From contig OX597822.1 in NCBI GenBank assembly GCA_951406725.2, forward strand, positions 31,434,001 through 31,498,000: 64,000 nucleotides of DNA, in the 5' to 3' direction. The notes beneath the pieces were generated by a model that saw nothing but the letters and a program-made list of their open reading frames with translations, made no database searches and was not told the DNA's origin. Below, one piece after another: positions 55,773 through 64,000 of the stretch. The position numbers and the translations under genes are program-made. The stretch is from Octopus vulgaris (Eukaryota). Every line of letters starts with the position of its first letter. The first letter of the stretch is position 1.

Positions 55773-56240
55773 ATAGATGTTTACTTCTCATAGGGGCAAA
55801 TGGGTATATCAACATTTGTGTAGTGTGTAACAAAAGAAATGGAGAATTCAACAGATAGACATTAATGTGTTAATAGAGCTCCAGATTTAAAAAAAAAAAT
55901 TAATTGTTATGTGAAGACATAATCTGCGAAACATTAGTCGAGACAGAAAATCCAACTCGGACGTAACTGGGGTAACTTATGTGATAGTACATATTTTCCT
56001 TAGTAAAGTGTTTTGAAAGTAAGTTATAAAGACATTTAATTAAGTTAGTCGTAATTTCGTTAGTGAATGGAACAATTAACCATATAATAGTATGCTCATT
56101 ATAAGTTCCATTGCAATTATATAATTGTAAATGAAACTTATTTATATATAGGGCAAGTTACTTAATTATATTTTTGTTTTTATTATTACACTTATTTCTA
56201 TTCCTACAATTTCTTTTCTTATACATAAATGTTATATATA

Positions 56241-56642
56241 TATTCTTTTATTTGTTTCAGTCATTTGACTGCGTCCATGCTGGGGCACTGCCTTTAGTTG
56301 AACAAATTGACCCCAAGACTTATTTTTTTGTAGGCTCAGTACATATTCTGTCGGTCACTGTTGCCGAGCCGCTAAGTTAACGGTATGTAAATACGCCCGT
56401 ATTGGTTGTCAAGCGATGGAGGGCGGACAAACAGAGATACACAATTACACACACTCACAATTATATATATATATGTATACAGCAGACTTCTTTTACTTTC
56501 CGTCTACCAAATCCACTTACAAGGCTCTGGTCGGCTCCAGGCTATAGCAGAAGGCATTATCCAAGGTGCGACGCAGAGGGACCAAGCCCGGAATCATGTT
56601 GCTGGGATGGAAGCTTCTTACCACACATGCACACCTGCGCCT
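56241..56642 (-). mobile_element. SINE group A, older diverged copy
   Basis: Colinear with 55313-55772 but with many substitutions. Confidence 0.88.
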
Positions 56643-56670
56643 GTATACACACGCACACGTCTATACATGT

Positions 56671-56768
<98 letters not shown>

Positions 56769-56835
56769 TCGGGGTGAGTACTTGATAATTATAAGCACCT
56801 GTGTATACCGTTTGGAGGTGTAGGTGGTGGAGTAA

Positions 56836-56945
56836 ATTGATCAAAATAAAAACATGATGCGAAGGATTCAGCGGTATAAATCTGTCTAATAAAGGCCCGA
56901 AACATATGTACCGCTGAATCCTTCGCATCATGTTTTTATTTTGAT

Positions 56946-56949
<4 letters not shown>
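56836..56949. mobile_element. Perfect 41-bp inverted repeat enclosing a degenerate hammerhead; Penelope-like inverted pLTR in (TA)n
   Basis: 56836-56876 is the exact reverse complement of 56909-56949. The loop contains CTAATAA-AGGCCC-GAAACATATGTA. Confidence 0.7.
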
Positions 56950-56991
<42 letters not shown>

Positions 56992-59900
56992 ATATCTGCG
57001 TTATCTACCGAGAGGGAGCCTCTCATATGGACTGGAGTTGCATAAAATAACTCGTAATTATATTGTTGACAAATGAAGACCCTCTTCGGTGGTCGCTGAA
57101 TCTGCCAGCCGCATGATTCCACCACATCAGTGACTCCTCAGTAGCACTTTACATTCGGAGTTCAAATTCCACTGAACTACAAGAGCAAAGTATATTCCCC
57201 CGATACTCTGATGTATCTGCAAACAGCTTCAGGTTTTCATAAATGCAAGATATAAATGTTTCTAATTTTGAGAAAATTGAGCATTTTTTATGGAGAAAGG
57301 ATTAGTGGATATTAGTCCCAGTTCTAGTTTGTACGTTATTTTATCCACACCGCAGAGGTGAATGACTATAGCAATTTCATACTGAATATTGTGTCGAATA
57401 TTGTGCAACGCAACTTTTCAATGCTCAACGAATTTTCCAATTCGCTGCATTCCGAAGTGAACGTCAAAAGGATTGCTTGATGTATGACCACTATGCCACA
57501 GATCCATACAAATTTCTTGAAATTCTGGGAATTTATTCATACGATATAGAATGTACATATTCGTAAAAAATTAACATTAGCAAGCCGTTTCCCTGTCGTA
57601 AATTTTGTTATTGTTAAGCCAGAGATCCAGTCAAGAATATAATTTATGATAAATGCTATCCAAGCTATGTCCGAACTTGCATATATCAAGAACTACCATT
57701 GACGGGTTTCTTGCTTTGGAGGCGATAATATAGTGCGATTGAAGTAGGCTGATATTTACCACAATTTACACAAACATCAAGTGATTTCCTCATCGTACAT
57801 GTCTTGTGTCTGTTTACTTATTACAGCATCATTGTTCTGTTTGTTTCTTAGATAAATCCATACGACACTGAGCAAACACACTTCAGCCATGACCTTATAC
57901 GATACAACATCCAATATTGCTTCTGAAGTTTTAGAAAGCAAGGAATATAAATGCTATATTTAGCAGGGTCTCGTTCGTTCAGTTTTCCATTAGTTAACAT
58001 AGTTATCTATGTTTTTCATTATTTAATTAAATATTCACTCAATGCAGAGTGAATATGAAGCGTGTCTGATAGATTAGCTCATAATTTATGCGACTGGCAT
58101 GATTTGCATGCAACATGTATAATTTACATAATTATATCTGTTTGCATAATTTATGTGACTTGCATACATGGAAACTTGTAATAGCTTTGTATTATGAGCA
58201 TTTAATGAAAATCTGATGTACATAAAGTCAACTAATTAGTACGTTTGAAACATTGCACTCCGTTGCTTGTTCTTACGCTCTGCACTCTTATATCAAATCA
58301 ATTCATGTTCACTTTGAATATAATCACTTTCGAATCGATAGGACAAATCACTACTGATCGATGGATTATCGGATCTGACACTGGGTGGTTTAGGGTTAGG
58401 GACCTGTCAGAGGCTGGGTAAACTGCCTTCTTGTATATCTTCCAGTTTCGTACCTTCACTCGGCATACGCCGGCGACAACACAGGGTCGAAGCTGTGTTG
58501 CTCCAATTTGACGGTTACTCCTTGAGATAAATATCGATGACGTGAGGAAGGAAGACTTGTACGCACAGAATACTGCCAGCCTTTTTCCAAAATTCTTTCT
58601 TAGTATCACAAAATACTCTGAGTTCAAGTTTTGTCGAGGCAGACTTTGCCTTTTATCCATTCAAGATCGACAAACAAAGAAAAAAAAAAACGAGCCCTAA
58701 AGTACTCGCTTCAGTGACAAATATTGGTTGTTTTTTTATATATTATTGCTCGGTATCGCTTTGTAAGTAGATCATCACCTGGTTCATTCTATCTCTACGT
58801 TCTTTTCATGCTCCACTGTTTCCGAGGGTGAGATTGGGCGCATATGCATATCACGACTCTCCATCTTCCTGATCCAAACCTACTCATAATACATTACAGA
58901 AGTTGTAGGTTGTTTCGTACAGATCGTACAAATACAATGTGTATGTAATGGTTAATAGAAAACACAGCAATGTAAATATATAAATAAGATATGCAAGAAA
59001 TAATGGAAGCGAAGAAAGAGGAAAAAATGAATAAAACTGTAAAGAATATGGAAACAAAATGTATTGAATATATAAAAACACCGAAATTGGTATAAATTGC
59101 TATATATCTATTATTTTTGTTTATAGTTTCTATATGAAAAAGTATGAATATGTTTGCAGTGTTAATGTTGCGTAAAGCAGAAGGAACTAAACGCGTAAAA
59201 AAATAGAAGAAAAAAAAAAGCAATTGAAAATACTATTTTTTCTACTTAACTAAAACGTACTATTGTTTTTCCTGTTGTTTCTCTGCAATTTTTAATTTCT
59301 ATTCACAGTTATGGCATTGGAAAAAATGGAAATAAGTGAGAAATAAGCAATATATAGAATTCATTGTGGTACATATTTTTTTCTTTATTTAAAGCAAAAA
59401 CTAGAAACAGATATTTATTTACAATATGTATTGTTTCTAAATGAGAGATATAATTTTATCTTCTGCAATTTGTTGCTCATAAAAAGGAAACTATGTATAT
59501 ATCTTATGTATTTTGTTAGCATTTATTTTTATCTTATAATTTGTCGGGTATTAAATATACGGATTATGAATGTGTTTTCTGTATCTGACACACAGTTCCA
59601 GTGTTTTAGTGAAATAAGATATTTAAGTTCTGGCGTTACATTTTATGAACCGAAACTGGTAGCTTAAAACTAATACTTAATAACGTGGGTTAATAAGAAG
59701 TAGATTTACATGTGAAATGCTTTAATCAATGCCATTCTGTACCTTGCCTAAATAAAGATACCGAAGTGAAATTAGTATGTAATATAGGCACCTTTTTCTG
59801 TGACGGTAGAACGGTCCAAGCAGCTGCTTGCGTGTTCATTATGGAAATCACTTTGCTGTTTTCAACATTTCAGAAATGAGTCACTGAATGAGAAAGACTG

Positions 59901-60050
59901 CGCAAATCTGATGGACGACTACTTATAGACAAGGTCTTAATGTTGGGCAAGTGGATATAATCGGTTATAACAAGCTCGGAATTCGAGCGTGACAAAATCT
60001 TGATTAAAATATAATAAAACATTATTAATATTCAAGTAATATATATATAA

Positions 60051-60450
60051 CTAGCAGTATCGCCCGGCGTTGTTCGGGTTTGTAAGGGAAATAACTATAT
60101 AAGCATTATTAGAGAGTTATAGCCAAAAAATAGCAAAGAAATGCATTTAAAATGGAAAAAAAAAGTATGGTAAATTTTTTTAAAATCGTTGACTCATCGT
60201 AGACATTTTTAGAGAGTTACTTCCCTTATATAATAGCGAAAATAATGCATTAAAATGGAAAAAAAAATGATGGTAATTTTTTTTAAAATCGTAGACTCAT
60301 CGTAGACGCGCGCTAATACCCAGAAGGGCTCGATATGAATCACGACTATAAGATACCCGGTTTGGGTTAAACTGCACCGCAAAATGTGGGAGTAGTTAGG
60401 AATCTAAATCGTAGGAGACAGACACACAACCTTACTTTTATATATAAAGA
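60051..60450 (-). mobile_element. Non-autonomous Helitron with internal tandem duplication
   Basis: Minus strand has A|TC at the 5' end (60450) and CCCGAACAACGCCGGG hairpin plus CTAG|T at the 3' end (60051). An approximately 100-bp unit is duplicated (about 60104-60204 and 60204-60307). Confidence 0.85.
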
Positions 60451-60820
60451 TATATACTGCATTAAACCATAAATGAAAACAACATTCATTACTAATGTAT
60501 GAATTTATGCGAACTACTTTTTATGAGAAGGATTTATATTGCTCGACATTATGCATGATTGTATGAGTGAGTGGCAATCAGGTGGGATCTGTTGAGTGAT
60601 TCTGATAAAACGCACTTTTTTATTCTCTTAAGTAATCCCGGCTTTTTTTAGGAAATACACATGACTCCATAATTGAACAAAAGACCTTATTAACCTATGC
60701 ATCAAATACAGTTCGATGCATGTCGATACTGGACAAAACATTCGATATTGTGACATTCGTAATGTTACGTAAAGTAAATATAATGTTCTTTTAAAACCAT
60801 TTAACTACTCCACATCAAAC

Positions 60821-60907
<87 letters not shown>
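60821..60907. repeat. (ATAG)n microsatellite
   Basis: Direct reading of the sequence. Confidence 0.97.
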
Positions 60908-61126
60908 CACGCACACAAGTACAATGTAAGAAGGAGTTATCTAAGATTTTTGATTTGGAGATTTCTAGCTGGCCGCTAAACAAGTTCTAAGGCTTTAAAG
61001 TTTGGTTTCGTTTGATTCGGTTGATGTCTGTGTATATACATGCTTCTGCCCATGTGTAGTTGCATGGTGATATTTCGTTAATATAGAGGTTCCATTGCTT
61101 CAAATCAATTACAATTCAGTAAACAA

Positions 61127-61127
<1 letters not shown>

Positions 61128-61157
<30 letters not shown>

Positions 61158-61245
61158 TGTATGTATGTATGTATGTATGTATGTATGTATACGTGTGTGT
61201 GCGTGTGTATGTATGTATGTATGTATGCGTGTGTGTGTGTGTGGA
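61128..61245. repeat. (TATG)n/(TG)n microsatellite
   Basis: Direct reading of the sequence. Confidence 0.95.
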
Positions 61246-64000
61246 TGTGCACATGTATGTATTCATTGTAAAACGTTCCTTGATTTTCAATCATTTTGGA
61301 TGCGATTGAGAAAAATCTAGTTGGAACTTTTATCAAATTGGAATGCTCCGTAGCGAGTCGCTCGTTTTAGTGTTTATCAAGGATAGAAGATCTGAATAAT
61401 GATTTATATAGGCCTGCTCCTAATGCAAATGAACCCATTAATTATCTCGGATGCAAGATGTATAGGGTGCTATCAAGTATTCAGCTGGATAGCATCGTGG
61501 CATGTTGCTGTTAAATTAATGAATTAATTAATATTATACGCAAGTGAGTACAATGTATTCGGTCCGCCAGCTATAAATTGAGAAATGAATCCTCTCATAT
61601 CGTCATCATTTTACACATGCGAAAGAAGAATCACAATACGTTGGTTAAAGTAATCTGAGTTACATGTCATTTTTGAAAAAAAAAAAGAAATGACTGATAG
61701 TCAGGTTTAGAAACTCTTTGAGCGAACACGTGTCTGATCGAATCCTGTTTCATGTAAGCCAAGCTGGGAATAAATAGGCGTTTCTATCGATGTCAATCTA
61801 ATTCAATTAAAACTCAGTCGTTTCTGAAATTTTATTGTTTCATGTTGGACCCAGCAGAAATTAATTCTATGAAATGTGTGTCGGCTGCTGATAGCATATA
61901 ACATAAGTAGTATTACATTATTCAATGTTTTTCATGTATGAGCCCACTGATTAGTATTACATATCTTAATCAGTATAAAGAATAGGTGCTTGTCAGAGAA
62001 GAAAATGGTAAGCAATTTATTAATTTTTTGCTTTGTTTTGATGTTTTACTACTTTTCCAATGTGAAAATCAAAGCTATATGTGTTCTGGTTCTTTATGTT
62101 CTAGGTTCAAATCTCGTCCAGGTATCTTAATCTTTCAGTCTCCAAAACTGATGAAATAAAGTACCGATCAGTCACCGAGTTGATAAAACGACTGTTCCTT
62201 TCTATTGATTTGGAAGTGTTACATAATGTAAGACTTCATTAATTTAACAACAGTAAAAATAGCCTTTGTTTAGTTTTCCTTTAACAATGAATCCTAACAA
62301 AATAAATGTATGAATAAATAAATAATACTGAATAGTTTAAAAGGAGATAAGGTATTCATCACGAAATGAGTTGGAATGAATGTACGCTTAAAAGGGATAA
62401 AGTTTATTAACGAGGGAAGCTGATAAAGTTATCGCATAAAACATGACCGCCAAATTAGAATCGATTGTGAAGATAGTCATTAACACAATACTACAGCACA
62501 TGAAAGGATATTGATAATAAAGAAATATTTAAGAATTTTTTTTATTCATTATTACATAAAATGCCTCTTTTATAACATGTTCTTTTTCAAATTCTCTGCA
62601 TGCATGTATGACAGCATGTAGCTCACTTTATGACACTATTATCATATATCGGTCTTTTGAATGAATCACTCTTCCTTCCTTTAATGAGCCTGTTTTGCTC
62701 TCCGTCAAAATTTGTGTTTGAGTTTTTTCTCCATCGCTTGCTTTCTTCCTATCTTCGTTTCCTTCCATTTGTTTCTTTCTTTATTTCTCAATTATCACAA
62801 AATACAACCATCTTTCTATCAGTTTAAATATACTCATCGCTCCCAGCGCCGTATTCTATTCTTTCTACTTCCGATAAAATAATAGTTTTATTTTTTCCTC
62901 CCCTACACAATACTTCATCAAACGATCCTTTCTTACTTTCTCTTATGAGAATTTAATGATATTTAGATTATGCCGTCACGAAATGATTCATTAAATTAAC
63001 ATTATTCGAATTCTATTCTGTCGATATATTTTAGCCGAATAGAAAAAAAAGTTTACACCAAAACGACGAAGAGACAGATTCAACCCAGCAGATTAGCATC
63101 TTAGGTGAGTGCATTTTACCATACCTTCGAGTCTCATAAAACTTTGTCATGCAAATGAGTAACCGAAAACGATGCTGAAGCCCGTCGGATGTATTGGATT
63201 TTTAGTTCGAATTGATTGTACCTATTTATTATATTCATGTTACACAGATCTGTGGAGTGCCCTTCTTCTTATATGCTCTATCAATGAGCTGTAATTTAAT
63301 TGATCACCAACTGAATCTGCATTACTGATTCCATTTACATTTTGTCATTCATCTGACTATCATCTGATTCTTTCTTTTAATACACAGCAAACTTCTATTA
63401 TGTATTTTCTCTCCCCCCTCTCTCTCTCATTCATTCATTCCTTCTCTGCATCGCTGTAATATCAAAATTACAGGCAAACATATTTAGTAAAAACGCGGGT
63501 ATTTAAAGGGAAATTTGACAAGACAGTCAGTCGCCCGCTGACACTCGTTGACGCTACATCGAAGAGGCCAGGGAACAGAAGAAAGAAGGAAAAAGAAGAC
63601 TTGCACTCAACACCAGAGCTGAAGACACCTCCGAAACGGTGGAGCGCCATGTCAAAACGGTAGAGGAGTAGGGGCCTAAACCGCACGTGGTTCCTCCTGC
63701 TGATGTCTTGAGCTAATTGGATCCTATAAAGGAGCTGCTATGGAAGCAGAGCACGAAACATGGTTGAAATTTCTTCCTTTTCAGATATCAGTCGCTGATT
63801 ATCTCCTTTTCACTCATAAATATATATCCTCAGACATTCTATTAAGTCTCTTCCATAAATATAGAAATATACTGTTATACAATTAACTACTTATCTACAA
63901 GGTCGCTACACACGACTTGATGCCGGAGAGTGGTCTTTACATACCGTAAAATACTAATAGTATTAATGATGTCACATATCCCAACCTGTCAGCCAGACAG

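Noticed and set aside
58390-58401. TTAGGG x2
   Set aside because: Two units only; not an interstitial telomere array.

Overview
AT-rich, microsatellite-dense eukaryotic DNA, not prokaryotic. The mix of tRNA-derived SINEs, Deu/Nin-domain SINEs and (TA)n-embedded elements strongly suggests an Octopus-type coleoid cephalopod genome (inference). Nearly all supplied ORFs are artefacts of (TA)n, (TATG)n, (TAGA)n or (TAG)n tracts. Supported features are four groups of SINEs (several with exact target-site duplications), two non-autonomous Helitrons with a shared 3' end but different 5' ends, and a decayed Tc1/mariner transposase. There is one plausible host coding exon (53808-54182, minus) with a divergent or decaying C1q-domain signature. 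The most interesting signal is a dispersed set of 100-400 bp elements sitting inside (TA)n tracts. They carry minimal type I hammerhead-ribozyme-like folds with non-canonical cores, as in Penelope-like element pseudo-LTRs or retrozymes. One pair is tandem (predicted cleavage sites 239 nt apart), and in two fold-backs the inversion junction falls at the predicted self-cleavage triplet. All calls come from manual reading; no searches or folding programs were run, and boundaries of degenerate elements are approximate.
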